From: a virus
Virus record (IMG/VR): IMGVR_UViG_3300005288_000001
Span: 96,001-160,000 of that record
Direction: 5' to 3' (one strand)
DNA: 64,000 bases
Position 1 is the first letter of the stretch; each line of letters opens with the position of its first letter. Made by a program: the position numbers and the translations under genes. Positions 54,808 through 63,510 of the stretch are shown one piece after another. The notes beneath the pieces are model-generated. The model had not been told where the DNA came from, searched no databases, and worked only from the letters and a program-made list of their open reading frames with translations.

Positions 54808-56159
54808 TAGATCACTTCTCCAGGGATAAGGCCACGGAAAGTCTTCTTACGCGGGAAGCGAAGGGAATACTCACCGTCTTGGTTTTGGGTAATTGCGTCG
54901 GCTTCTACTTCCATGATGACCCCGATCATCTGATCCCGGATTTTCCAGAATCGTTCACGTTCTTCATCGCTGTAACCGCCGCCGCAGCTTACCTTGATTA
55001 TACGCCCATTGTCAACGCATTCACAGAGGAACGCGCCAAGAACGTCCCTATATTTTGAGTCGGGTTTACCTTGTTCATATCCCGTAATGGTCATGGACAA
55101 TTCGATTGTCGGCTTCTTCTTCAGCCAGGCATGCGTACGTTTGCACTCGTAAAAGGCTTCAGGGTCCTTGATCATGACGCCTTCATACTTACCTTCGATG
55201 GCCTTCTCGTTGATCTCACGGAAGCGTTGCTTGCCTTCAGGCGTACTCAGATTCACTTCTTCGTATGCCACAGCTTCTACGCTGGAAAGTTCATCCTTGA
55301 ATGCATCGATAAAAGCCGCAAGCTTGATTGCGCGGACCTCTTGGTCCGTTGTAGATTTACCCGCACGGAATTCAGCCAGAGGTAGATGATCAAAGACGTA
55401 ATAGATCGCGTCCTTGGTATCAACGTCAGTCTTCCGCTTGAATTGGCGCATCAAGTCCTGGAAGGAGGTGGACATCATTTCACCGTCGAACACCCAAGGT
55501 TCGGACAGCTTGTAAGCAATCTTCTGGAACTGCTCAACGATGTGCGGGAAGTTTTCGAGTTCCTTACCGTTACGCGAGGTCTGATAGACCCGACCGTCTG
55601 GATGAACAAAGGTCAGGCAGCGAGCGCCATCGAACTTGATGTCGATAAACTTCCGACCAACCATCTTCGACTCATGATCCTTCGAGTCGTGGGCCAGCTG
55701 GCATCCGAAGATCGGAATGATGTACTGTGGCTTCATGGACTTCACCGCTTTGTTCACGGTAGTTTCGCTAAAGCCAGCGTCCAGCTTCTTCATCAGGATG
55801 GGACGATACCATCCATTCCATTGGGCGTTGGTCGACTGACGCATCGTCATTTCGATCTGAAGCTGGGCGTCGCCTCCGGTCAGATCGCGGTCAACGAGCT
55901 GCTCACACAGGCTCTTGAACGCATTCATGGATACACCCTTGCCGTCGGGCCACTGCATACGAGTTGGTATCTTCTTCACACCGAACGTGTCGAAGTTATC
56001 CAGGGCCAAACGAAGGCCGTCGAAGAAGTCTTCGTGGTCGAGCATTGCCACATCAGCAATGGCCTTTTCCTTGAAGAGCTTCGAGTTATCGCTGGCGATG
56101 TACGCCAGGATTTCTTCGGGTGGAGTGTCCTTGGTCGGTTTGAGATGATATGTTGCCAT
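54807..56159 (-). CDS. gp30: ATP-dependent DNA ligase
   Basis: KFDGAR, FDGE, VFD, EGVMIK, WLK.K and SLRFP motifs. Confidence 0.95.
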   Translation of the reverse strand: MATYHLKPTKDTPPEEILAYIASDNSKLFKEKAIADVAMLDHEDFFDGLRLALDNFDTFGVKKIPTRMQWPDGKGVSMNAFKSLCEQLVDRDLTGGDAQLQIEMTMRQSTNAQWNGWYRPILMKKLDAGFSETTVNKAVKSMKPQYIIPIFGCQLAHDSKDHESKMVGRKFIDIKFDGARCLTFVHPDGRVYQTSRNGKELENFPHIVEQFQKIAYKLSEPWVFDGEMMSTSFQDLMRQFKRKTDVDTKDAIYYVFDHLPLAEFRAGKSTTDQEVRAIKLAAFIDAFKDELSSVEAVAYEEVNLSTPEGKQRFREINEKAIEGKYEGVMIKDPEAFYECKRTHAWLKKKPTIELSMTITGYEQGKPDSKYRDVLGAFLCECVDNGRIIKVSCGGGYSDEERERFWKIRDQMIGVIMEVEADAITQNQDGEYSLRFPRKKTFRGLIPGEVI

Positions 56160-57340
56160 CAGAAGAATCCTACCTTGGAAGCGGTTTGCTTATTGGCCAC
56201 GGGAGCCAGGGTTTGGGTGTGGAACAGCTCGGCGAGCGTATAGCTCTTCTTGGCAACCTCGGGCATATCGATGCCGAGTTTGGTAGCCAGAACCTTTGCC
56301 CGATCAGCTGCCAGTTCTTCGAAGTTCACGACGTCGAAGCAGCGACCCGGACGAATCAGGGCAGGGTCCACGTCGCGCACCGATGGGAGGTTGGTCGAGA
56401 AGATCATCTTCTTACCAGCAGTCGTAACCAGACCGTCACCGACGTTCAGGAACTTGTGCATCATGTCGTTACCGTCGCTACGAGCGCGCAGGAGCGTATC
56501 GGCGTCTTCGATAATGAACACGCTGGAGTCGCCTTCGATGAACTGTGCGAACACGAAGTCCTTGGCGAGAACGGCCGGATCGTAGGTAACGGTCGCGTTG
56601 CTCTTGGTATGCTGCAGGAAGCCACGAATGAACGAGGTCTTACCGGTGCCGGGCTTTCCGATCAGGAGGAGAATCGACGCATTGCTTTGCATGAAGCGGT
56701 CGTAATACTCTTCCAATGTTTCATCTTCCAGAAACGAGTACATTTCGCTGATGGGATTGCGGTCCTTACGGAGCGCAACGCTAACCGACGAACCATCACC
56801 GCTGTAGATCCATTCGAGGTTCGAATCGGATTCTTCGAAGTTCGAGAGGATCAGCTTGGCGATACGGTCAGTGAATTCTTCGCTACCGAAGGCATTGACG
56901 ACGCAACCGGAGTTGCCGGCGCGATAGGTGAAATACTGTTCGACACCTTCTTCCTCAGCTTCATTGTCGTCCTCGACGTAGAGGCCACCGTTGTTGCCGA
57001 ACTGGGTCTGACGGAAGTCGTCGAGCTGACCACTCTCCAGGAACTTGCGCCATTCGAGGCGGGTGCAGAGAACCGATACTTCACGGCTCTCGGTGTTGAC
57101 GCCAACTTCAATTCGGCGAGCAACGATGCGGCCAGTGACGAAGTCGGTGAGGTCGCTTGCGGCCAGGAACTGACCTTCGGGATTGGCTTTCATTGGGGTG
57201 TATTGTCCGTCGTCTGTGTAAAGTTTGAAGAATCGTTGGGCACGAACTAAGCGTCGGTATCTGCGGCGTCTCATAGTTAATCCTAGAGCTTGGTCTATGG
57301 CATGCTCCACTTCAGGAGACACCCGATAGGGTTGGCTCAT
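56159..57340 (-). CDS. AAA+ ATPase (alternative start at 57193)
   Basis: Walker A GKPGTGKT, Walker B IIEDAD, STN sensor and DPALIRPGR arginine finger. Confidence 0.9.
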   Translation of the reverse strand: MSQPYRVSPEVEHAIDQALGLTMRRRRYRRLVRAQRFFKLYTDDGQYTPMKANPEGQFLAASDLTDFVTGRIVARRIEVGVNTESREVSVLCTRLEWRKFLESGQLDDFRQTQFGNNGGLYVEDDNEAEEEGVEQYFTYRAGNSGCVVNAFGSEEFTDRIAKLILSNFEESDSNLEWIYSGDGSSVSVALRKDRNPISEMYSFLEDETLEEYYDRFMQSNASILLLIGKPGTGKTSFIRGFLQHTKSNATVTYDPAVLAKDFVFAQFIEGDSSVFIIEDADTLLRARSDGNDMMHKFLNVGDGLVTTAGKKMIFSTNLPSVRDVDPALIRPGRCFDVVNFEELAADRAKVLATKLGIDMPEVAKKSYTLAELFHTQTLAPVANKQTASKVGFF

Positions 57341-57519
57341 TCGGGGAGGATGACCTGGGTCAATTGATAATCGACTTTGCCTTGGGTGGTGGCAATGAAC
57401 TTTGCCGACTCCTCACCCTTGGTGGGTCCGAAGAAGTCTTGTGTGATCACCTCCGTCGTACCGGCAAGGCGGTAGCTGGAACGGAGACCATAAGCAGCGG
57501 ATGTAATTTCGGGGTTCAT
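57337..57519 (-). CDS. Small hypothetical protein
   Basis: First ORF after the promoter; ATGA overlap with the ATPase ORF. Confidence 0.6.
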   Translation of the reverse strand: MNPEITSAAYGLRSSYRLAGTTEVITQDFFGPTKGEESAKFIATTQGKVDYQLTQVILPE

Positions 57520-57549
57520 GACAAAGACCGTTTAAGTTAATCAGCCTTT

Positions 57550-57598
57550 ATTTTAACGCAAAAAGCGCCCGAAGGCGCTTTTTCTTTACAACTGCTCT
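57550..57598 (-). promoter_or_regulatory. Candidate promoter: -10 TAAAAT with an upstream AGAGCAGTT box
   Basis: Same box and 34-nt spacing as at 63260-63308. Confidence 0.45.
57560..57583. terminator. Rho-independent terminator after clpP
   Basis: AAAAAGCGCC-CGAA-GGCGCTTTTT. Confidence 0.9.
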
Positions 57599-57601
57599 AT
57601 G

Positions 57602-58162
57602 CTACTTCAAGTCCCTAACCTCATCCGCAATGCCATATTCAACCGCTTCTTCAGCAGTCAAGAATACATCTTCGGACGGAAGAAGCTTTTTACGGATCAC
57701 CTTCTCAGATAGTCCCGTGCACTTCTTGTAATGGTTAATGACTCGCTCGGATGTCAGGTTGAACTCCTTAACAATGGCGAATAGCTCATGTTCTTTACCA
57801 CCGGAACCGGCAGCGAATTGATGAGACATTACACTAGTGTTTGGTGTAATAAAGCGGGAACCCTTTGCTCCGGACATGAGCAAGAATGTACCAGCCGAGG
57901 CCACACCACCAATCCCAATCGTTGCAATCGGAATTGAAGAACCTCGCATAACATCAATGAGCGCAAAGCAGGATAGGAGATCACCACCTTGTGAACAAAT
58001 GAGCAGAGTTAACTGCTTCGGACGCTCTTCCTGGAAATTACAGGACAGTATCCACTCAATACATGCACGACAGGAATCCTGCGTGACATCATCCATGAAC
58101 AGATAGTAGTTACTATCCTCACGGTCTACCCCCAACATTTTCGCCACGTTCTTGAACATCAT
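57602..58162 (-). CDS. clpP: ClpP-like serine protease
   Basis: S.GG, VASAG (catalytic Ser), MSHQ (His) and D.FLTAEEAVEYGIAD motifs. Confidence 0.92.
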   Translation of the reverse strand: MMFKNVAKMLGVDREDSNYYLFMDDVTQDSCRACIEWILSCNFQEERPKQLTLLICSQGGDLLSCFALIDVMRGSSIPIATIGIGGVASAGTFLLMSGAKGSRFITPNTSVMSHQFAAGSGGKEHELFAIVKEFNLTSERVINHYKKCTGLSEKVIRKKLLPSEDVFLTAEEAVEYGIADEVRDLK

Positions 58163-58631
58163 TCTTCCTATAGAAGACATGGCGTCCTAGCTGAATAGTT
58201 CGCTTGAGGTTCCAGCCCGGATTGACGTGAACCGCATGAAAATACAAACTTCGCTTAGTGATATCCACCATAGTCCTGTAGTTTATATAGGTCGATTCGG
58301 CAATGGAGTAGATTTGCTTGTACCGAGTTGATTCTCGATTTACACGGGATTTGGTGTTAACCCATGAAAACTGGCCACGCTCGTAGACTACTCCACAAAC
58401 AGTGTCAGGGAATCCCTTGGAAGCAACGCGATTCATAGTCACCAGCGCGACTGCCAGCTTACCGTCGTCCGGTTCACCGTTAGCTTCGTGGTAGATATTA
58501 TCCGCAAGGCATTGAACTTGTTTAACGTCTAAATTCGCGACGAGCTCAGATTCAGTGGAGGCGTAAGCTATTGGAGCAAGGATAGCAAGGCCGAGGATAG
58601 AATGTATAATCGATAATTTTAGAAATCGCAA
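58119..58631 (-). CDS. Cell wall hydrolase, SleB/Hydrolase_2 family, with a hydrophobic N-terminus
   Basis: CLA.NIYHEA.GE, NRV, CGVV, QFSW, YFH and G.H.FY motifs. Confidence 0.92.
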   Translation of the reverse strand: MRFLKLSIIHSILGLAILAPIAYASTESELVANLDVKQVQCLADNIYHEANGEPDDGKLAVALVTMNRVASKGFPDTVCGVVYERGQFSWVNTKSRVNRESTRYKQIYSIAESTYINYRTMVDITKRSLYFHAVHVNPGWNLKRTIQLGRHVFYRKNDVQERGENVGGRP

Positions 58632-58634
58632 AAC

Positions 58635-59291
58635 TTAGAAACCCATACCGAGTCGAAAGATCTTACGCTGCTTAATGAATTCAGGTATCCAATCTTTAGC
58701 CTTTTCGATAAAGATCAGAGGCTCAGGTTCATCATCCACACCCATGACGATAACGATGTTCGGTATTTTAACACCGGTTCTTTCCTCATAGGCAAGAGCG
58801 TAAGCGCCGCATTGCGCAAAGTAATTACCAATTTCGTCTCGTCGTTTAAGGCGGCGTGACGTCTTCCAGTCAATTATACTAGGAATTTGATCGAAGTCAG
58901 CTATTAAATCAACCGTACCCGCAACTCTAAGAATGTCGGAGTATAAACGCTGTTCCACACAACGGATATTGTCAATGCGATCGAGGGACTTTCGCATGGC
59001 CACAAACATATCTTTATCAAAGACACTTGGTTGGGCAGTTCGATTGAACAGCACATCTTCCAGAAGACCATGCATACGTGTACCTCGCGCGGCAGCACGG
59101 GCACTAATGATCTTTGCTTCCTCAGGGCCGACCTTACGGACCCAATCGTCTAGCCAGGGATTGTCACCGAAGCCTAGAACTGTAGTAACACTTGGATAAA
59201 CATAACCCTCCGGCGTTATATAGACGCGACCGTTAGGTCTATTATCTTGAACGAGGTCCGGCATTTGGACCGGAGGTAAATGTGTGTACAT
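58635..59291 (-). CDS. PD-(D/E)XK exonuclease (Cas4/RecB-like)
   Basis: YPSVTTVL, RGT.MH, AGTVD, IIDWKTS and Q..AYA motifs. Confidence 0.9.
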   Translation of the reverse strand: MYTHLPPVQMPDLVQDNRPNGRVYITPEGYVYPSVTTVLGFGDNPWLDDWVRKVGPEEAKIISARAAARGTRMHGLLEDVLFNRTAQPSVFDKDMFVAMRKSLDRIDNIRCVEQRLYSDILRVAGTVDLIADFDQIPSIIDWKTSRRLKRRDEIGNYFAQCGAYALAYEERTGVKIPNIVIVMGVDDEPEPLIFIEKAKDWIPEFIKQRKIFRLGMGF

Positions 59292-59293
59292 GG

Positions 59294-59908
59294 TTACTCG
59301 GTGAGGTAGCTGATAGCTGTATTATAACGCTCAATACGATCGTCCAGGCCGTTTGTTCCACCGTTGATACGACGCGTTAATGCTTCTACGTCGCCAGTGT
59401 CAGCAACCGCATTGAGATTGTTTACTGTCCAATACCAACAAGCACTGCGCAAGGCATACTCGGGCATTTCAAGTAGCTCAGGATTGTCAAGCAAACGATC
59501 ATCCTCAAAGAGGAATTGAGAGCACTGGTAATAGTTGTTTCGGCCGGTCACTTGAAGGATACCACGACCGCGGAACTTCCAACCCTCGCCGGATGCTTCA
59601 TCACCATTACCCATTCGGTTCGCGTACACACGCGAGGCAATTGCCTGAGGCTTACGAGCATATTGCTGTGCCGTAGATTGGTTGAAATACTTGCGGAAGG
59701 TATTCAGGAGTCCGGTAGCACCGTAGTTCAGGTTCTCGGACATGGCACGATAATCCATTGACTCGTGTGCCGTTTGGCTTAGGAACGCTGCGATGCGTTC
59801 TGGTGTGGCAATTCCGTATTCAGGAAGAACCGTTGCCAACAACATGGCCCAGTTTTCTGGATCAGTGTTGTTTGGCATTACATGCGAGATAAGATCAGTC
59901 GTAATCAT
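59294..59908 (-). CDS. Endolysin, glycoside hydrolase family 19
   Basis: AAFLSQTAHES, ENLNY, YANRMGNG, FRGRG..Q.TGRNNY and RRINGG motifs; start at ATG 59908. Confidence 0.93.
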   Translation of the reverse strand: MITTDLISHVMPNNTDPENWAMLLATVLPEYGIATPERIAAFLSQTAHESMDYRAMSENLNYGATGLLNTFRKYFNQSTAQQYARKPQAIASRVYANRMGNGDEASGEGWKFRGRGILQVTGRNNYYQCSQFLFEDDRLLDNPELLEMPEYALRSACWYWTVNNLNAVADTGDVEALTRRINGGTNGLDDRIERYNTAISYLTE

Positions 59909-59942
59909 AAAAAAGCCCCGTAGAGTTACGAGGCTATTTATG
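59909..59942 (-). promoter_or_regulatory. Late promoter CATAAATA followed by a terminator-like, RBS-masking hairpin before the endolysin
   Basis: CATAAATA-GCCTCGTA-ACTC-TACGGGGC, then a T tract and ATG. Confidence 0.8.
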
Positions 59943-59945
59943 TCA

Positions 59946-60719
59946 TTACGGAACGTCAGGGTGTGATTCGCACGCAATAATCCAGGACTTTACCAAGCTT
60001 GATCGCACGATATCGTCAGGTGTGAAAGTGATACGCGAAAACTCACTCATCTTATTGGCCACGTCAAGGAACAAACGTAGACCGGATACGTCGTTACGAC
60101 TCTTCACCAAGTCATTCTGCTTCAAGTCACCAACGAAGATAATCTTCGAGCGGTCACCGGTACGCGAAATAACCGTTGAGAGTTCGTGGAATGTCATAGA
60201 CTGACACTCGTCAACGACCACAATGGCCGAGTCAAAAGTTACACCACGCAATGCTGTCGTCGAAATGAATCGAACGAAGTGCTGTTCCTTAAGACGTTCA
60301 TAAGCGTCTTTTCGTTGGAATAGCGTAGCGAAGATATCGTGGTATGGGGCTTCGTAAATCTCCATCTTCTCGTTAATGTCACCAGGCATAAAGCCTTGGT
60401 CTCGGACTTGAACAGCAGAACGTACAATGACGATTTCCTTGTAAGGCGTGTCGCGGGACATGACGTCTTCGATAGCACGATACAGGCTCAGGAAGGTTTT
60501 ACCAACCCCCGGAGAGCCCAGTAGCGCCATGAAGTAATCGCCTCGCTTATACGCCTCAAAGAACTTGCCTTGATTTGCTGTCAGCGGCTCAAAAGTCTGT
60601 AGATGATCGAGCTTCATTTTCAACGCATTACTGGTAACCTGGGAGTTAACAGGACGGTTGAAATCAGCGGAACGGTTTTCACCGTCTTCGTAGACTTTTT
60701 GGTTGCGCTTTGTGGCCAT
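59946..60719 (-). CDS. phoH: PhoH-like ATPase
   Basis: GSPGVGKT, GFMPG, RGVTFD, DECQ, GD..Q.D and DIVRS.LVK motifs. Confidence 0.95.
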   Translation of the reverse strand: MATKRNQKVYEDGENRSADFNRPVNSQVTSNALKMKLDHLQTFEPLTANQGKFFEAYKRGDYFMALLGSPGVGKTFLSLYRAIEDVMSRDTPYKEIVIVRSAVQVRDQGFMPGDINEKMEIYEAPYHDIFATLFQRKDAYERLKEQHFVRFISTTALRGVTFDSAIVVVDECQSMTFHELSTVISRTGDRSKIIFVGDLKQNDLVKSRNDVSGLRLFLDVANKMSEFSRITFTPDDIVRSSLVKSWIIACESHPDVP

Positions 60720-60755
60720 TAGATTCCTTGCAGTTGAGTTAAGAACTACCAACAA

Positions 60756-60998
60756 TTATCGCATATTCTTATTGAGTACAGACCCGTGTGTTCCCTTATG
60801 GATATGCTGCATGATTTCTCGGAAGTCACCGTTTTGACGACGAACACCCAGTTGAACAGGATCTCCAATTGCAACCGCCGTGATGTGGCATTGTTCCAGC
60901 TGGGGATTATCCGCTTTGTATTTGTCGAGTTCAGAAATCCTGAGCATTACCTCAGTGACTTCTTGGGTTTCTTTATTAAGAAAATTGTAAGTAGGCAT
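60756..60998 (-). CDS. Conserved T4-like hypothetical protein (FmdB-like N-terminus)
   Basis: MPTY.F.N.ET.E pattern upstream of phoH. Confidence 0.75.
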   Translation of the reverse strand: MPTYNFLNKETQEVTEVMLRISELDKYKADNPQLEQCHITAVAIGDPVQLGVRRQNGDFREIMQHIHKGTHGSVLNKNMR

Positions 60999-61009
60999 AC
61001 GTTTACTTA

Positions 61010-61489
61010 TTACAGCTCTAGTTCAAGCAACCTAACGAGCTCTTTACAGGATGGCATATCACCCTTCCACTGGAGGGCTTCACCTTCGTTCCAACGAAAG
61101 TTAATACAATTGACAGCGTTATCGTCAATCAGCAAGACGTTCGGCTCGGCGAACTTACCCTTGGATTCACCGCAATGGGTAAAGTTTCTCTTCCACTTGA
61201 TTCCGTAGTGGTCTAGCCACACTGCCTTCTGGCGAGTAGCCTCGTCGTAGATCTCTTGCTTGTAGCTTCCGCCAGAAGAAAGAATCTCCACCTTCACATC
61301 AGGCCACTCAAACTGATATTCCGTCAGAATCTTGATGAGGTTCTGTGCCAGTGATAGCATCGGAAGCTCTTCAAAGACCTTGTGGGTCAAAACCATCTGG
61401 CGAAATGTAGTGTTAGGAAGGTGCTTGATGTGACTGTAGTAGTCAGCCAAGACACCATCCATGTCAACGTAGATGGTGTGATATCTCAT
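61010..61489 (-). CDS. HAD-family 5'(3')-nucleotidase-like phosphatase
   Basis: DMDGVLAD, ILSS, K..WL and LIDD motifs. Confidence 0.88.
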   Translation of the reverse strand: MRYHTIYVDMDGVLADYYSHIKHLPNTTFRQMVLTHKVFEELPMLSLAQNLIKILTEYQFEWPDVKVEILSSGGSYKQEIYDEATRQKAVWLDHYGIKWKRNFTHCGESKGKFAEPNVLLIDDNAVNCINFRWNEGEALQWKGDMPSCKELVRLLELEL

Positions 61490-62079
61490 TAGATCTTGCT
61501 ATCGAAGTCGCCCTTACGGAGCGAACGGGTGTAGGTGGAGTTGGACGCGAAGGCTTCCATCGATCCCGAGGCCGAAGCTACGAAGTTCTTCACACCCTTT
61601 GCGGCGAACGAGTACTGCTGAGCAGTGGCGAAAGCATCCTGGTTAGCAGCCTGAAACACGAATTCCCAACCAAGGTTCTGAGCCATCGAGGTCATTCCCT
61701 TGACACGGTCAGCCGAGTAGTTCTTCGAAGAGTTCTCGCCACCGTCGGTGATGATGGTAACGATGACCAGCTGAGCCCACTTCTCCTTGGCGATACGCTT
61801 GGACTGAGCTTCCAGAGTCTGACCGATACCGTCGTTCAGCGCCGTGTTACCACGAGGGACGAACGTATTGTGTTCCAGAAAAGGAACTTCCTTAACAGCC
61901 ACGGCTTCATAGACCGTTTCGACGATGTCATCGAATTGGACGTAGGTCACGCGAGCTTCTCCTTCTTCTGCTTGGTGGTCACGAAGCGACTTGTTATATC
62001 CTTCGATAACCGAAGAACGAATGGAGCCCATCGAACCCGAGCGGTCGACGATGTAAATGAGTTCGGTACGGAGTGTCAT
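61489..62079 (-). CDS. von Willebrand factor A domain protein
   Basis: MIDAS DRSGSM, T.L.D and IITDG.EN.S motifs. Confidence 0.9.
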   Translation of the reverse strand: MTLRTELIYIVDRSGSMGSIRSSVIEGYNKSLRDHQAEEGEARVTYVQFDDIVETVYEAVAVKEVPFLEHNTFVPRGNTALNDGIGQTLEAQSKRIAKEKWAQLVIVTIITDGGENSSKNYSADRVKGMTSMAQNLGWEFVFQAANQDAFATAQQYSFAAKGVKNFVASASGSMEAFASNSTYTRSLRKGDFDSKI

Positions 62080-62921
62080 AGTTCTATTACTTTCAGTTTG
62101 AAGTTCTTTGCGGATTCCTCATGACCCTCATATCCGCGAGGGTTGCACACAACTCGTGTGTCGTGGACTTGGTAATCAAACTCGAAGTGAGTATGACCAT
62201 GAGTCCATAGCTTAATGTTCCGATGTCGGTCCATGAGCAGTTCAAGGTCGCTGTGGTAAGCTCCGTTGGAATGCTTTTCGTGGGCAAACGAAGAATGCAC
62301 GCTACGGAAGCTTGGCGAGTGGTGACCAATAACGATTGTTGGCTCGCCTAGATCAGCAGCCTTCCCAATGCTGATACGGGTCTGGATGTGTTCCTTGAGC
62401 GTATCAGCCGGCGTCAGCAGGTTCTTGGCACCATAGGTTCGATCATACGGATGAATGACTGGCGGGTAACGAGTATCCTCGATCACTCGATAGTCGTTCG
62501 TGTACGTCTTACAGATGGCCATCGTGACCGGGTCCTGGTAGTTGAAATCGGACCACAGCGTAGACCCGAAAACAACATACTCCCTAAAGTGGACATACTC
62601 TTTATCGAGCAGGATCACATTGTGGAAGTTATTCCGGGTGAGGAACTCACGAATCTGCTTCGCCGATTCAGGGAAGTCTCCATGATAATGCTCGTGGTTT
62701 CCCATGACGTACATTACCTGAGTAAACTCCGCCGACACATTAGCGAAGAATTCGGTGAACCTCTTACGAAGTTTACGTGACTCGGCATCGGTCTTGCGTT
62801 CAGGAAGAACCGTTGCCAACATGATGTCACCTGAAAGAATCAGGAGGTCAACGTCACCAGGATTCTTCAGTACAATTTGTGCAAACTCCAGATGGAGGTC
62901 CGATGCGAGTGCGATTTTCAT
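62076..62921 (-). CDS. Calcineurin-like metallophosphoesterase
   Basis: SDLH, GD, GNHE, HH.P and HGHTH motifs. Confidence 0.93.
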   Translation of the reverse strand: MKIALASDLHLEFAQIVLKNPGDVDLLILSGDIMLATVLPERKTDAESRKLRKRFTEFFANVSAEFTQVMYVMGNHEHYHGDFPESAKQIREFLTRNNFHNVILLDKEYVHFREYVVFGSTLWSDFNYQDPVTMAICKTYTNDYRVIEDTRYPPVIHPYDRTYGAKNLLTPADTLKEHIQTRISIGKAADLGEPTIVIGHHSPSFRSVHSSFAHEKHSNGAYHSDLELLMDRHRNIKLWTHGHTHFEFDYQVHDTRVVCNPRGYEGHEESAKNFKLKVIEL

Positions 62922-63079
62922 TCAGGTTTCCGGTCGAGCGTTAGGATAATTGCAATGATCCATCCCAGCACATCCAATCGCGTAGGCGAAAAGAGACAGG
63001 TGACAGCATTGAAAATCAACGTTCCCATAACGATGTAATGGAACGTTGCGCCGTTGAAGAAGTCTTTGAGCTTGTTCAC
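62918..63079 (-). CDS. Small membrane protein (53 aa, GTG start)
   Basis: GTGA and ATGA overlaps at the two ends; MNKLKDFFNGATFHYIVMGTLIFNAVTCLFSPTRLDVLGWIIAIILTLDRKPE*. Confidence 0.6.
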   Translation of the reverse strand: MNKLKDFFNGATFHYIVMGTLIFNAVTCLFSPTRLDVLGWIIAIILTLDRKPE

Positions 63080-63228
63080 AGCAAGTACTTCGTGACGAGG
63101 AATTCAGCCGTCAGGTACCAAGACCAGAGAGGGATGAAGATTGCGAAGAAGGTTGACCAAAATCCCTTAGCCAGGAAAATACCAATAATCCAAGCCGGGA
63201 AAGTAATCAACGCGACAATACCTTTCAT
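63076..63228 (-). CDS. Small membrane protein (50 aa)
   Basis: AAGGA SD; MKGIVALITFPAWIIGIFLAKGFWSTFFAIFIPLWSWYLTAEFLVTKYLL*. Confidence 0.75.
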   Translation of the reverse strand: MKGIVALITFPAWIIGIFLAKGFWSTFFAIFIPLWSWYLTAEFLVTKYLL

Positions 63229-63259
63229 GTTTATCCTTTGTTAGTTTACTCCAAGCTCA

Positions 63260-63308
63260 ATTATACGGCACGGTACTCCCTCGCGCTTAGAATGATTTGA
63301 ACTGCTCT
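63260..63308 (-). promoter_or_regulatory. Candidate promoter: -10 TATAAT, no canonical -35, upstream AGAGCAGTT box
   Basis: Lies at the head of a coupled operon. Confidence 0.55.
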
Positions 63309-63472
63309 TGGACTTTGATTGCGGGCGTTTGAAGGCCGGTTGGCCGCCGCTAAGGGGTTGGCCCGCCTAGCGGTTTTCAGGGGCTTGGCGGGGCTTGTAG
63401 GGGCCTTCATGCGGCTTCGCCGGGCCGGTTTTAGCGCCGCCCGGTGAAAACCTGATCAGGATGCTGAATGCG

Positions 63473-63491
63473 AGAAAGCCCCCGAAGGGGC
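63473..63491 (-). terminator. Rho-independent terminator
   Basis: GCCCC-TTCG-GGGGC-TTTCT. Confidence 0.7.
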
Positions 63492-63510
63492 GTTCCCGGA
63501 GCCGACCGAA

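Noticed and set aside
55386-57250. Long plus-strand ORFs (285 and 366 aa) opposite the ligase and AAA+ genes
   Set aside because: Antisense shadows of codon-biased genes; no motifs, SD or promoter seen.
58635-59291. Cas4-like nuclease as evidence of CRISPR-Cas
   Set aside because: A solo phage exonuclease without the Fe-S cysteine set; no array or other cas genes.
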